This document shows, piece by piece, positions 47,988 through 57,252 of a stretch of DNA of 64,000 bases. The notes under the pieces were generated by a model. That model did not search any database. It saw nothing but the letters and a program-made list of their open reading frames with translations, and was not told the DNA's origin. The position numbers were made by a program, and so were the translations under genes. Positions within the stretch are counted from its first letter, which is position 1; the number at the start of each line of letters is the position of its first letter. The stretch comes from Clostridia bacterium (GTDB taxonomy: Bacteria > Bacillota > Clostridia > Oscillospirales > CAG-272), in contig JAFVUF010000012.1 of NCBI GenBank assembly GCA_017502875.1, positions 23,388 to 87,387 on the forward strand. The letters are read 5' to 3'.

Positions 47988-48012
47988 AAACGCCCGTTTC
48001 AAACGGGCGTTT
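47988..48012. terminator. hairpin / possible terminator between rny and ymdB
   Basis: AAACGCCCGTTT-C-AAACGGGCGTTT. Confidence 0.55.
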
Positions 48013-48054
48013 ACTGTCAAAAGCCGTATTTAACGGCATAGAAAGCGATAAATA

Positions 48055-48819
48055 ATGAAAATATTGGCCATCGGAGATGTAGTAGGACAAGAGTCTGTCG
48101 CATATCTTAGTGAAAGGCTTCGCCGCTTCAAGCGTGAAAATGGGATAGACGTAACCGTAATAAACGGAGAAAACTCCGCAAAAAATAACGGCATAGACCC
48201 GCTGTCCGCGCAGGCGCTTCTCGACGCGGGCGCCGACGTCATAACCACGGGTAACCACGTTTACAGGATAAACGCGGTATACGATATGCTCGACGCATGC
48301 GACTTAGTTATCCGTCCAGCAAACTACCCGAAATCCTGCCCCGGCAAGGGATTTGCGGTAGTAGACCTCGGACACATAAGAGTTCTCGTTATCAACGTTT
48401 TGGGTGTCGTTACCCTTGAACCGCTTGACTGCCCCTTTGATACGGTTGACCGGATATTAAAGGATATGGAGGGCGAATACGACGTTTCCGTCCTTGACGT
48501 GCACGCCGAGGCAACGTCAGAAAAGGCGGCGATAGCGCGTTATTTTGACGGCAGGATAAATGCCGTTTTCGGCACGCATACCCACGTCCAGACCGCCGAC
48601 GCGCGTATTCTTCCAAAGGGTACGGGCTTTATCACCGACCTCGGAATGTGCGGCCCGACGAACTCTATACTCGGCGTAAAAAGCGAGATAATTATTGACA
48701 GGCTGCGCTCCCATATGCCCAAGCGTTTTGAGTACGCCGTTGGCGAAATCGAAGCTACGGGTGCAATCTTTACGGTTGAAAACGGCAAAACCACCGCCGT
48801 TACAGCGGTAAGGTTTTAG
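48055..48819 (+). CDS. ymdB: YmdB-family metallophosphoesterase
   Basis: IGDVVG, NGENSA, TTGNH, DVHAEATSEK, GTHTHVQTAD; follows rny. Confidence 0.93.
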   Translation: MKILAIGDVVGQESVAYLSERLRRFKRENGIDVTVINGENSAKNNGIDPLSAQALLDAGADVITTGNHVYRINAVYDMLDACDLVIRPANYPKSCPGKGFAVVDLGHIRVLVINVLGVVTLEPLDCPFDTVDRILKDMEGEYDVSVLDVHAEATSEKAAIARYFDGRINAVFGTHTHVQTADARILPKGTGFITDLGMCGPTNSILGVKSEIIIDRLRSHMPKRFEYAVGEIEATGAIFTVENGKTTAVTAVRF

Positions 48820-48846
48820 CAGGCGACATAATTTTTATATCAACAA

Positions 48847-49080
48847 AAGTTTCGTCCACGTTTTCAAGGGTGGCGAGGCGGACGGGCGAGTAGCCCTCCT
48901 CGCTCTCCGCGGAGAGCGAAATTCTCACGCGGTGTTTTTCTTTTTGCGAGCTTGAATTTACACGATGTATCCGTCATACGCCAGAATTTTGTGTCTTTGC
49001 GTAGCAAAGCTGCGACTTGCTGATTGTCGCAGAACTAAATTCGAGGTTAAATGCGCCTGCGTAACCAAAAGAAAAGGCGA
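48847..49080. repeat. repeat family B, copy 3 (inverted, with nested insertion)
   Basis: AAGTTTCG..TTTTCAA.., CGCTCTCCGCGGAGAGCGAAAT, TGCGCCTGC..AAAGAAAA match the reverse complement of 853-993. Confidence 0.8.
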
Positions 49081-49171
49081 ACTTCAAAGCTTTATTAGAC
49101 ATAAATTTGCGCGTTTAACTGCGCCCACAGCGTAACCAAGCCACTATATTAACCCGAAAGGACGTCCGAAT

Positions 49172-49696
49172 ATGTACTACGTTCCTAAAAAGCAACCGAA
49201 AATCGCGGGCATAATCTCCGTAGCGCTCTACGGAGTGGCGGCGGCGCTTTACGTTGTCGGCGAATTCTTCACCCCAAGACTGCTGTATCAGCTTTTAGCA
49301 CTCGTTTTCGTAGCGGTCGGTCTGTTTTTTACCTCTCGCTATATCCTGACAGACTATAAGTACGTAATAAAGGATATCGAGACAAAGGGCGCGGAGGCGT
49401 CGTTTTCCATAATCAAGCTCAGCGGAAAGCGTGAGGCGATAGTCGCCAACTTCGATATCATCTCCGTGTACGCCCTTGAAAAATGCAGAAAAAACTCCGA
49501 TTTCGAGGCAAAGCACGGCAAGGTAACCAAAATTTATAACTATACCTCAAACTTCGCTTCCCCCGATACCTATAAGCTTGCTATTAACTTCAATAATATG
49601 AAGGTTCTGTTCTCTGTCGAGCTTTCCGATGAGTTCGCTTCTGAGATAAGGGAAAGAATGGTTGCGAAGGTACAAAAAGACGGCAAAAATCCGTAG
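49172..49696 (+). CDS. hypothetical membrane protein (2 TM)
   Basis: GAAAGGA RBS; two N-terminal hydrophobic segments. Confidence 0.75.
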   Translation: MYYVPKKQPKIAGIISVALYGVAAALYVVGEFFTPRLLYQLLALVFVAVGLFFTSRYILTDYKYVIKDIETKGAEASFSIIKLSGKREAIVANFDIISVYALEKCRKNSDFEAKHGKVTKIYNYTSNFASPDTYKLAINFNNMKVLFSVELSDEFASEIRERMVAKVQKDGKNP

Positions 49697-49742
49697 AAAG
49701 TTTATAATATTGTTAATATATTAAATTATGGGCGAAAAGGTC

Positions 49743-49771
49743 TTGACTTTTTCGCTTTTCTCTTATATAAT
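49743..49771 (+). promoter_or_regulatory. sigmaA promoter of the rnf operon
   Basis: TTGACT-17-TATAAT. Confidence 0.75.
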
Positions 49772-49841
49772 ATTATAACGGTTATATCATTTTTGATATA
49801 ATGATATGTATTTTTTAAATACTGAAAGGAGTTGGAATAAC

Positions 49842-51206
49842 TTGGCACATACATTCAGAGGCGGAGTCCATATGAATGAGTACAAGATCACCGCATCCAA
49901 GCCCATTGAGAAGCTTCCCGTTCCCGAAACGGTCGTAGTGCCTCTATCTCAGCACATCGGCGCTCCCTGTACCGCAACCGTAAAGGTTGGCGACACGGTA
50001 GACAAGGGCCAGATAATCGGCGTAGTCGAAAAAGGTCTCGGCTGCCCCGTTCATGCGTCGGTGTCGGGTAAGGTCAGTAAGATCGAAACGGTAATAACAC
50101 CGTCCGGCAGAAAAGTGGAGCAGATCGTTATTGAAAACGACGGCGAGGAGAGACTCTTAGCGGACATCAGGCATAACGGCAAATCTATCGAGGACATAAC
50201 CGCGGAGGAGTGCATCGAAGCAGTGCGTCTTGCGGGTATATCGGGTATGGGAGGAGCTACCTTCCCCACCTACGCAAAGATATCCTCAGCGCTCGGCAAG
50301 GCAAAGCACATTATAATCAATAGCGCGGAGTGCGAGCCGTTCATCACGGCAAACCACCGCTTAATGCTGGAGGAGCCAAAGAAGATAATCGACGGCTTAA
50401 AGCTCCTTATGCGCGTTTTCGGAATTGAAAAGGGCGTTATCGCAATCGAGGACAACAAAATGGACGCGGTTGAGATGCTCCGTAAAACGCTCGGAGACGA
50501 CACAAGCGTCGAGGTTACCGTAATGAAAACCAAATACCCGCAGGGCGATGAAAGGCAGATAATCTACGCTCTTACGGGCGTTGAGCTGAAATCGGGTAAG
50601 CTCCCGGCTGACGTCGGCTGCGTAATATTCAACTCCGAGACCTGCTATAACGTCTACCGCGCGGTCTTTGAGGGAATGCCCCTTATAGAAAGAATAGTTA
50701 CGGTATCGGGTAACTGCGTAAAGGAGCCTAAGAACATCTTAGCTCCCATAGGCACCTCGATATCCAAGCTTATAGACTTCTGCGGCGGCTTTACCGAAGC
50801 CCCTGAGAAGATAGTCCTGGGCGGTCCTATGATGGGCTTTGCTCAGTGGGATATCAACGTTCCCGTAACGAAGGGAACGAATGCGGTTCTCGCTCTTTCC
50901 GAGAGCTTCAACAAGAAGGCTTCAACCCCCTACGCCTGCTTGCACTGCGGTAAATGCGTAAGCGTGTGCCCTATGCACCTTATGCCGCTTTACCTCGCTC
51001 AGCACGCGCAGAACAAGGACTTCGAGACCTGCGAAAAATATAACGCGCTAAGCTGTGTAGAGTGTGGAAGCTGCGCCTACATATGCCCCGGAAACGTTCC
51101 GTTGGTTCAGCTTATACGTCTGGCCAAGGGCGTAATAAACGATAAGAGAAGGGCGCAGGCAGCGCAAGCTCCCAAGCCCGAGGAAAAGAAGGAGGAAAAG
51201 AAGTAA
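49842..51206 (+). CDS. rnfC: Rnf complex subunit C
   Basis: TFRGGVH, QHIGAP, GMGGATFPT, ECEPF, KYPQG, two 4Fe-4S motifs; TTG start after AAAGGAG. Confidence 0.95.
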   Translation: MAHTFRGGVHMNEYKITASKPIEKLPVPETVVVPLSQHIGAPCTATVKVGDTVDKGQIIGVVEKGLGCPVHASVSGKVSKIETVITPSGRKVEQIVIENDGEERLLADIRHNGKSIEDITAEECIEAVRLAGISGMGGATFPTYAKISSALGKAKHIIINSAECEPFITANHRLMLEEPKKIIDGLKLLMRVFGIEKGVIAIEDNKMDAVEMLRKTLGDDTSVEVTVMKTKYPQGDERQIIYALTGVELKSGKLPADVGCVIFNSETCYNVYRAVFEGMPLIERIVTVSGNCVKEPKNILAPIGTSISKLIDFCGGFTEAPEKIVLGGPMMGFAQWDINVPVTKGTNAVLALSESFNKKASTPYACLHCGKCVSVCPMHLMPLYLAQHAQNKDFETCEKYNALSCVECGSCAYICPGNVPLVQLIRLAKGVINDKRRAQAAQAPKPEEKKEEKK

Positions 51207-52204
51207 TGGATTCAAATAAAACCCTTACCCTATCCCCCTCTCCCCACGTCAAGCACAAAAACAACACTCAGGCGGTAATGCGCGATGTGCTTATCGCGCT
51301 AACCCCCGCGTTTATCTGGTCGATAGTCATTTACGGCTGGATGGCGGCGGTGCTTACCGTTCTTTCAGTAGCGCTCTGCGTTTTCTATGAATTCGCGTAT
51401 CAGAAGCTTACCAAAAAGCCGATAACTGTCTCCGACTGCTCAGCGGCTATAACCGGTATGCTGATAGCGTTCAACCTTCCCGTTACAACAGCGCCCTGGG
51501 TACTTATTTTCGGCTGCTTCTTCGCTATCGTCATAGTCAAGCAGCTTTTCGGCGGTATAGGTAAAAACATAGTCAACCCCGCAATAGCGGCGAGAATATT
51601 TATGTTCGTTTCGTGGCCGGGTCAGCTTTCGCACTTCCCCAAGGGCTACTATAACCCCTTCGTTTCCGCTGACGCCGTATCCTCGGCAACTCCTCTCACC
51701 GCCCTGAAAGGCGGAGCCGTTCCCGAAACGAGCGTGCTTGAATCCTTCTTCGGTCAGATAGGCGGAAGCCTCGGTGAGATTTCAGCGCTTCTGCTACTTG
51801 CGGGCGGCGCGTATCTCATTATCCGCCGTGTCATCACCTGGCATATTCCCGTAGCGTTCATCGCCACGGTGGCGGTGTTCGCGTTCTTTTTCCCGCAGGC
51901 GGGTGTTTCAGGCTTAACCTCTATGGGCTACCACGTTTTCTCAGGCGGACTTATTCTCGGAGCTATCTTTATGGCTACCGACTATACCACCTCTCCCGTA
52001 ACTCCCGTTGGCAGACTTATCTTCGGAGTCGGCTGCGGACTTCTTACCGTAATGATCCGTTACCTCGGAGCATACCCGGAGGGCGCTTCATTCGCGATTA
52101 TGATAATGAACCTGCTCGTCTGGTACATCGACCGTATAACGATGCCAAGAGTATTCGGTCAGCGTAAGGAAAAGAAGGCAAAGGAAGGGGGAGAAGCGAA
52201 ATGA
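51206..52204 (+). CDS. rnfD: Rnf complex subunit D
   Basis: SPSPH, KQLFGGIGKNIVNPA, SSATPL FMN site, FMATDY. Confidence 0.95.
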   Translation: MDSNKTLTLSPSPHVKHKNNTQAVMRDVLIALTPAFIWSIVIYGWMAAVLTVLSVALCVFYEFAYQKLTKKPITVSDCSAAITGMLIAFNLPVTTAPWVLIFGCFFAIVIVKQLFGGIGKNIVNPAIAARIFMFVSWPGQLSHFPKGYYNPFVSADAVSSATPLTALKGGAVPETSVLESFFGQIGGSLGEISALLLLAGGAYLIIRRVITWHIPVAFIATVAVFAFFFPQAGVSGLTSMGYHVFSGGLILGAIFMATDYTTSPVTPVGRLIFGVGCGLLTVMIRYLGAYPEGASFAIMIMNLLVWYIDRITMPRVFGQRKEKKAKEGGEAK

Positions 52205-52788
52205 CAGTAACTAAAAAAGACGTCTCCTACTTTGCTAAAATAATCGGAGTCCTGCTTTTAATCACGATGTGCGTGGCAGCGCTCCTGTCCCTCGTTAACG
52301 CAATAACAAAGGACACCATTACCGAAAACGAGGCAAAAAAGACCTCTGAGGCAATAAAACAGCTATTCCCAACCGCCACCTCTCCCGTCGCCACCGACAC
52401 AAAGACCTCGCTTGACGACGACAGCTTCGTGGCTCTTTATAAGGTAAAAGACGGCGAAAGCGAGATAGGCTACTACGCCGAGGTCGCGCCCACGGGCTTC
52501 AAGGGTAAAATAACTATGCTGGTCGGTATGGATAACGATGGCAAGGTCTGCGGAATTCAGATTCTCAGCCACGGCGAAACCGTAGGTATAGGCGACAAAA
52601 TAGAAAACCCCGACTTTCTTGCCCGTCTTACAGGTAAAAGCGGAAGCGTAACCTACAAAAAGGGCGCTGGCGGAAGCGGCTCGGAGATAGACGGTATAAG
52701 CGGCGCGACTTACAGCTCCAAGGCTGTTATCGCGGGAACGAATACCGCCTTAAAGGCTTACAACACTTATAAAGGAGGCGCGGCGTAA
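52201..52788 (+). CDS. rnfG: Rnf complex subunit G
   Basis: N-terminal TM, HGET.G.G, DGISGATYSS FMN motif. Confidence 0.93.
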   Translation: MTVTKKDVSYFAKIIGVLLLITMCVAALLSLVNAITKDTITENEAKKTSEAIKQLFPTATSPVATDTKTSLDDDSFVALYKVKDGESEIGYYAEVAPTGFKGKITMLVGMDNDGKVCGIQILSHGETVGIGDKIENPDFLARLTGKSGSVTYKKGAGGSGSEIDGISGATYSSKAVIAGTNTALKAYNTYKGGAA

Positions 52789-53453
52789 TGGATAATCAGA
52801 GCAAAAGATATTCATTTAAGGCTATGCTCGGCCAGTTAAAAAACGGCATAATCGACCAGAACCCCACCTTCGTGCAGGTGCTTGGAATGTGCCCTACGCT
52901 CGCCACCACCACCTCGGTGATAAACGCGCTCGGTATGGGACTCGCCACGACGGCGGTTCTGATGTTTTCAAACCTTTTCATCTCCCTGCTCCGTAAATTT
53001 ATACCCAAGCAGGTCAGAATAGCGGCGTACATAGTCATAATCTCAGGCTTCGTTACCGCCGTTGAAATGCTGATGAAGGCGTTTCTGCCCGAATTAAACG
53101 ACGCGCTGGGCGTGTTTATAGCGCTTATCGTCGTTAACTGTATCATTCTTGCCAGAGCCGAAGCGTTCGCGTCAAAAAATAAGCCTATCCCCTCGTTTAT
53201 CGACGGACTTTCAATGGGACTTGGCTTCACCATGGCGCTTTCTATACTCGGCGCGATAAGAGAAATACTCGGCGCAGGCACCATCTTCGGCATAAGCATT
53301 TTCGGAAGCGCCTTCCAGCCCGCGCAGCTCTTTATAATGCCTGCGGGCGCGTTCATTACGCTCGGCTGCCTCATAGCGCTCGTTAACGCTATAAGAAGCA
53401 GAGAGAAAAAGCCGAAGGCAACGGCAGATGCAGCGGAAAAGGAGGCGGAATAA
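52788..53453 (+). CDS. rnfE: Rnf complex subunit E
   Basis: LGMCPTLA, LIVVNCIILARAE. Confidence 0.95.
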   Translation: MDNQSKRYSFKAMLGQLKNGIIDQNPTFVQVLGMCPTLATTTSVINALGMGLATTAVLMFSNLFISLLRKFIPKQVRIAAYIVIISGFVTAVEMLMKAFLPELNDALGVFIALIVVNCIILARAEAFASKNKPIPSFIDGLSMGLGFTMALSILGAIREILGAGTIFGISIFGSAFQPAQLFIMPAGAFITLGCLIALVNAIRSREKKPKATADAAEKEAE

Positions 53454-54043
53454 TGGACGGAATAATAGATATCCTCATTTTGATGTTCACGGCGATATTC
53501 ATCGAGAACTTCATCTTCGCCAAATTCTACGGCTGCTGCCCCTTCCTCGGAGTTTCCGAAAAGCCGGGCACAGCGCTCGGTATGGGCATGGCGGTAACCT
53601 TCGTTATGACCGTAGCCTCAGCTGTAACCTGGACGGTGTACGAGTTCCTTCTCGCTCCGTTTGGACTTGATTACTTAAAGACCATAGCGTTTATACTCGT
53701 TATCGCGGGTCTGGTTCAGTTTATTGAAATGTTCCTTCGCCGCTTCGTGCCGTCGCTTTACAGCTCGCTCGGAATATTCCTTCCGCTTATAACGACCAAC
53801 TGCGCGGTACTCGGCGCGGCGCTCGTCAATATCCAGAACGGCTACAACTTTATTCAGTCCGTCGCGTTTGGATTTTCGGCGGCTCTGGGCTTTACCATGG
53901 CAATAGTAGTCTTTGCGGGAGTACGTGTAAGACTGCAATTCGCAAATCCCCCAAAGGCGTTCAAGGGTATGCCGATAGCGCTCGTAACCGCCGGTCTTAT
54001 CGCTATGGCGTTCATGGGATTTTCGGGAATGAGTATAGGTTAA
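53453..54043 (+). CDS. rnfA: Rnf complex subunit A
   Basis: CPFLGVS, LGIFLPLITTNCAVLG. Confidence 0.95.
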   Translation: MDGIIDILILMFTAIFIENFIFAKFYGCCPFLGVSEKPGTALGMGMAVTFVMTVASAVTWTVYEFLLAPFGLDYLKTIAFILVIAGLVQFIEMFLRRFVPSLYSSLGIFLPLITTNCAVLGAALVNIQNGYNFIQSVAFGFSAALGFTMAIVVFAGVRVRLQFANPPKAFKGMPIALVTAGLIAMAFMGFSGMSIG

Positions 54044-54061
54044 GAAAGGAAGGACACTGAT

Positions 54062-54844
54062 ATGGAAATTTTAATTCCCGCACTTATATTCGCGGGTCTT
54101 GGCGCGGCTATCGGTATTCTTCTTGCCGTTGCCTCAAAGGCGTTTGCCGTTCCCGCAAACGAAAAGGCGGAGCAGATAGCGGAGCTTCTTCCCGGCGCTA
54201 ACTGCGGTGGCTGCGGCTACTCAGGCTGCGCCGCGCTTGCCGAGGCAATAGCCGAGGGCAAGGCAAAGCCCAACGCCTGCGCAGTCGGAGGCGACGCGGA
54301 AGCCGCTGAGATAGCTAAAATAATGGGCGTTGCGGCAGAAAAGCCGGTAAGACTTCACGCTCAGGTAATGTGCAGCGGCTGCGAGGGCGTAGCTAAATAT
54401 AAATTCGAGTATGAGGGTGTTGCGGACTGCAAAGCGGCTATGCAGCTCGGCGGCGGAAGCAAGACCTGCCCTAACGGCTGTCTTGGCCTTGGCTCATGCG
54501 TTGCCAAATGCCAATTTAACGCAATCTCGATAGTTGACGGCATAGCTGTTGTTGACCGTGAAAAGTGCAAGGCGTGCGGTATGTGCGTAGCGACCTGCCC
54601 TAAGAATATTATCAAGCTTATCCCCTTTGATTCCAAGTACTACGTCGGCTGCGTTTCCACCGAAAAGGGCGCCGTCAAGCGCGCTTACTGCGACGCAAGC
54701 TGTATTGGCTGTAAGATGTGCGAAAAGGCTTGTCCTACCGGCGCTATCGCGGTTGAGAATTTCGTAGCTAAAATAGACTACGAAAAATGTATTAACTGTG
54801 GCGCCTGCGTAAGCAAATGCCCTCGTAAAATAATCAGAATTTAA
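54062..54844 (+). CDS. rnfB: Rnf complex subunit B
   Basis: LPGANCGGCGYSGC and multiple CxxCxxCxxxCP motifs. Confidence 0.95.
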   Translation: MEILIPALIFAGLGAAIGILLAVASKAFAVPANEKAEQIAELLPGANCGGCGYSGCAALAEAIAEGKAKPNACAVGGDAEAAEIAKIMGVAAEKPVRLHAQVMCSGCEGVAKYKFEYEGVADCKAAMQLGGGSKTCPNGCLGLGSCVAKCQFNAISIVDGIAVVDREKCKACGMCVATCPKNIIKLIPFDSKYYVGCVSTEKGAVKRAYCDASCIGCKMCEKACPTGAIAVENFVAKIDYEKCINCGACVSKCPRKIIRI

Positions 54845-54850
54845 AAAAAC

Positions 54851-54882
54851 AAAGCCGTCCGCGTCATAGCGCGGACGGCTTT
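54851..54882 (+). terminator. terminator after rnfB
   Basis: AAAGCCGTCCGCG/CGCGGACGGCTTT. Confidence 0.8.
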
Positions 54883-54898
54883 AAACTGAGCTACTGTC

Positions 54899-55561
54899 AT
54901 GAATAAGAAAAAATGTTATATTTTCGGCTCTGCCGAAGCAGTTTTGCCGTCGGAAGCTATAAACGGCGTAACCCGTAACCCCGAAAACCTATATATTGCC
55001 GCTGACCGAGGCTTTGTTTCAATGAAGGCGCTGGGGCTTTCCCCCGACGTTATTTTAGGCGACTTCGACTCCTGTCCCCTGACTGACGAAATGCGCTCCT
55101 GCGGCGCTGAAATAATACGCCACCCCGTAGAAAAGGACGACACCGACCTAATGCTCGCTATCAAGCTTGGTCTATACCGAGGCTATACGGAATTTATCAT
55201 AGTCGGCTGTCTTGGCGGCGAGCGCTTCGACCACAGTATAGCGACAGTTCAAAGCCTTGCTTACGTCGCTGATGCGGGCGGAATAGCGTGCGCCTACGGA
55301 AAGGGCGAAAACGGAAGCCTAATCTGCGCAACCGTTATTAAAAACGGTTTAATCGAGCTTAAAGCAAGGGATAGCGGATACGTTTCGGTGTTTGCCTTAA
55401 CGGATAAGGCGGAGGGCGTAAGCATCACAGGACTGAGATACGAGCTTACGGGAGCAAGCCTTACAAGCTCGTTTCCACTCGGCGTATCAAACGCCTTTGT
55501 CGGAAAAAACGCCACCGTAACGGTAGAAAACGGCACTATCCTGATAATTTACAATCAATAA
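54899..55561 (+). CDS. thiN: thiamine diphosphokinase
   Basis: IAADRG, LGDFDS, EKDDTD, RFDH, GLRYEL, LGVSN. Confidence 0.92.
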   Translation: MNKKKCYIFGSAEAVLPSEAINGVTRNPENLYIAADRGFVSMKALGLSPDVILGDFDSCPLTDEMRSCGAEIIRHPVEKDDTDLMLAIKLGLYRGYTEFIIVGCLGGERFDHSIATVQSLAYVADAGGIACAYGKGENGSLICATVIKNGLIELKARDSGYVSVFALTDKAEGVSITGLRYELTGASLTSSFPLGVSNAFVGKNATVTVENGTILIIYNQ

Positions 55562-55568
55562 AACAACT

Positions 55569-55603
55569 AACGTGGCAGCTGCGTTTGCAGCTGCCACGTT
55601 TTT
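55569..55603. terminator. bidirectional terminator
   Basis: AACGTGGCAGCTGC/GCAGCTGCCACGTT. Confidence 0.85.
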
Positions 55604-55605
55604 AC

Positions 55606-55824
55606 TTAGTATAGCTTTTTGGGAACGTCAACAAGTCCCGCAATATAGTCAAGACTGACGTTATAAAATTTAGCGAGCTTGATATACTTATCAATTCCCA
55701 TCATCTGCTTGCCCGTTTCGTACTTGCTTATCTGCTGTTGGTTTGTTTCAAGCAATTTTGCGATATCAGACTGTTTGAGTTCTCTATCCTCTCTTAAATC
55801 TTTAAGCCTTTCAAAATATCTCAT
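55606..55824 (-). CDS. XRE-family helix-turn-helix regulator
   Basis: RLKDLRED, QQQISKYETG, LAKFYNVSLDYI. Confidence 0.9.
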   Translation of the reverse strand: MRYFERLKDLREDRELKQSDIAKLLETNQQQISKYETGKQMMGIDKYIKLAKFYNVSLDYIAGLVDVPKKLY

Positions 55825-55852
55825 TTGTACACCTCAAAAAATGTAATTACTA

Positions 55853-55881
55853 TTGACATTATATCCTTTAAGGTGTATAAT
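55853..55881 (+). promoter_or_regulatory. sigmaA promoter of the small divergent gene
   Basis: TTGACA-17-TATAAT. Confidence 0.75.
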
Positions 55882-55928
55882 ATTCTCGTAATACATCTTA
55901 TAAACTGTACAGCAAGGAGTAAAATATT

Positions 55929-56207
55929 ATGAGACCAACAATAACAGATTTATTTTTAGGTAAGCTTGACCCAAGCGCTGACTGTATTCTTGACACGCCT
56001 GAGAGCAATTCGCTTGCAATTTGCGTGGAGCAACTGTATACTAAACTGTTAAAAACCTTAAATGAGGAAACAGCATGCATTTTTAAAGAATACTGCCAAG
56101 ACCAAGCCACTCTGTCCTCGTTTGAAAAGGCTCACTGTTATGCCGAAGGCTTTTCACTCGGCATGCGGCTTGCGACTGAATGTTATATCTCTGATGACGG
56201 TAAATAA
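55929..56207 (+). CDS. small hypothetical protein (DUF6809-like, tentative)
   Basis: AAGGAG RBS; I.DLF.G...P and Y.EGFSLGMRL motifs. Confidence 0.7.
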   Translation: MRPTITDLFLGKLDPSADCILDTPESNSLAICVEQLYTKLLKTLNEETACIFKEYCQDQATLSSFEKAHCYAEGFSLGMRLATECYISDDGK

Positions 56208-56213
56208 GCTAAC

Positions 56214-56245
56214 AACGGGGCTGTCGCCTTTTCGACAGCCCCGTT
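56214..56245. terminator. terminator
   Basis: AACGGGGCTGTCG/CGACAGCCCCGTT. Confidence 0.8.
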
Positions 56246-56349
56246 ATTATATTTAAACCTGACGGCTACGTTAGCAAAGGATATTTTCCTTTACAATTAT
56301 TTCAGTATCCTTCTGCGCTTCTCCCCGAAGTCCTTCTTATGAAGCTTGT

Positions 56350-57252
56350 CTACCCTACGCGGAATTGCTTTACAGGCTTTATGGCGCTTCCGTCCTCGAA
56401 GTCCATAACTCTGCCAAGAGCGAAAAAGCCGTCCTTATCAAATAATCTGACGAGCGCTCCATTTTCAAAGTGAGTACCGAGCTTTTTTTGGTAAAGCTCG
56501 CACCCGTGAGCGCCCAAATGGGCGAAGAAGTCTGAAAGCACCACCGTATCGCACTCATCAAAAAGCTCCTCAACGGGACGCAAAAGCGCATAGCGCTCCT
56601 CGAAGGTCATCTTTTCAAGCTGCTCCTCGGTTACGGCGTCCTCTATTCCAAACGAGCCGCAAGACGTACGGATAAGCGAGCTCATAACCGCGCCCGTACC
56701 AAGACTTTTACCTATATCAGCGCAAAGAGTACGGATATACGTGCCCTTAGAAACTCTGGCGTTAAGCATGTACTCGTCATTTCTTTCGGTTGGATAAAGC
56801 TCAAGCCTGTCAACGTAGACCTGCCTTGCTTTCCTCTCTATCTCCTTGCCCTCACGTGCAAGCTCAAGCAGCTTTTTGCCGTTAACCTTAATGGCGCTAT
56901 ACATTGGTGGGATTTGTTCAATCGCACCCGTAAACGCCGAAACGGCAGCTTTCACCTCATAGGAAGTCGGCATAGCGCCGCCGTACTCCGACAAAACTGC
57001 TCCCGTAATGTCCTCGGTGTCAGTGGTCAGTCCGAGCCTCATACCCGCAATGTATTCCTTAACGTCAGAGCAAAGAAACTCCGACGCCTTTACCGCCCGT
57101 CCGACCATAAGCACAAGCACACCCTCGGCAAGCGGGTCAAGCGTACCCGTATGTCCGACCTGCCTTGTACCGTAAAGCTTCCTTATTTTATACACCACGT
57201 CGTGAGACGTGCAGCCCTTAGGCTTGTAAAAGCACAGTACACCGTTGTTCAT
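56350..57252 (-). CDS. truB: tRNA pseudouridine(55) synthase
   Basis: KPKGCTSHDVV, GHTGTLDP, QIPPMYSAIK, SKGTYIRTL. Confidence 0.97.
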   Translation of the reverse strand: MNNGVLCFYKPKGCTSHDVVYKIRKLYGTRQVGHTGTLDPLAEGVLVLMVGRAVKASEFLCSDVKEYIAGMRLGLTTDTEDITGAVLSEYGGAMPTSYEVKAAVSAFTGAIEQIPPMYSAIKVNGKKLLELAREGKEIERKARQVYVDRLELYPTERNDEYMLNARVSKGTYIRTLCADIGKSLGTGAVMSSLIRTSCGSFGIEDAVTEEQLEKMTFEERYALLRPVEELFDECDTVVLSDFFAHLGAHGCELYQKKLGTHFENGALVRLFDKDGFFALGRVMDFEDGSAIKPVKQFRVG

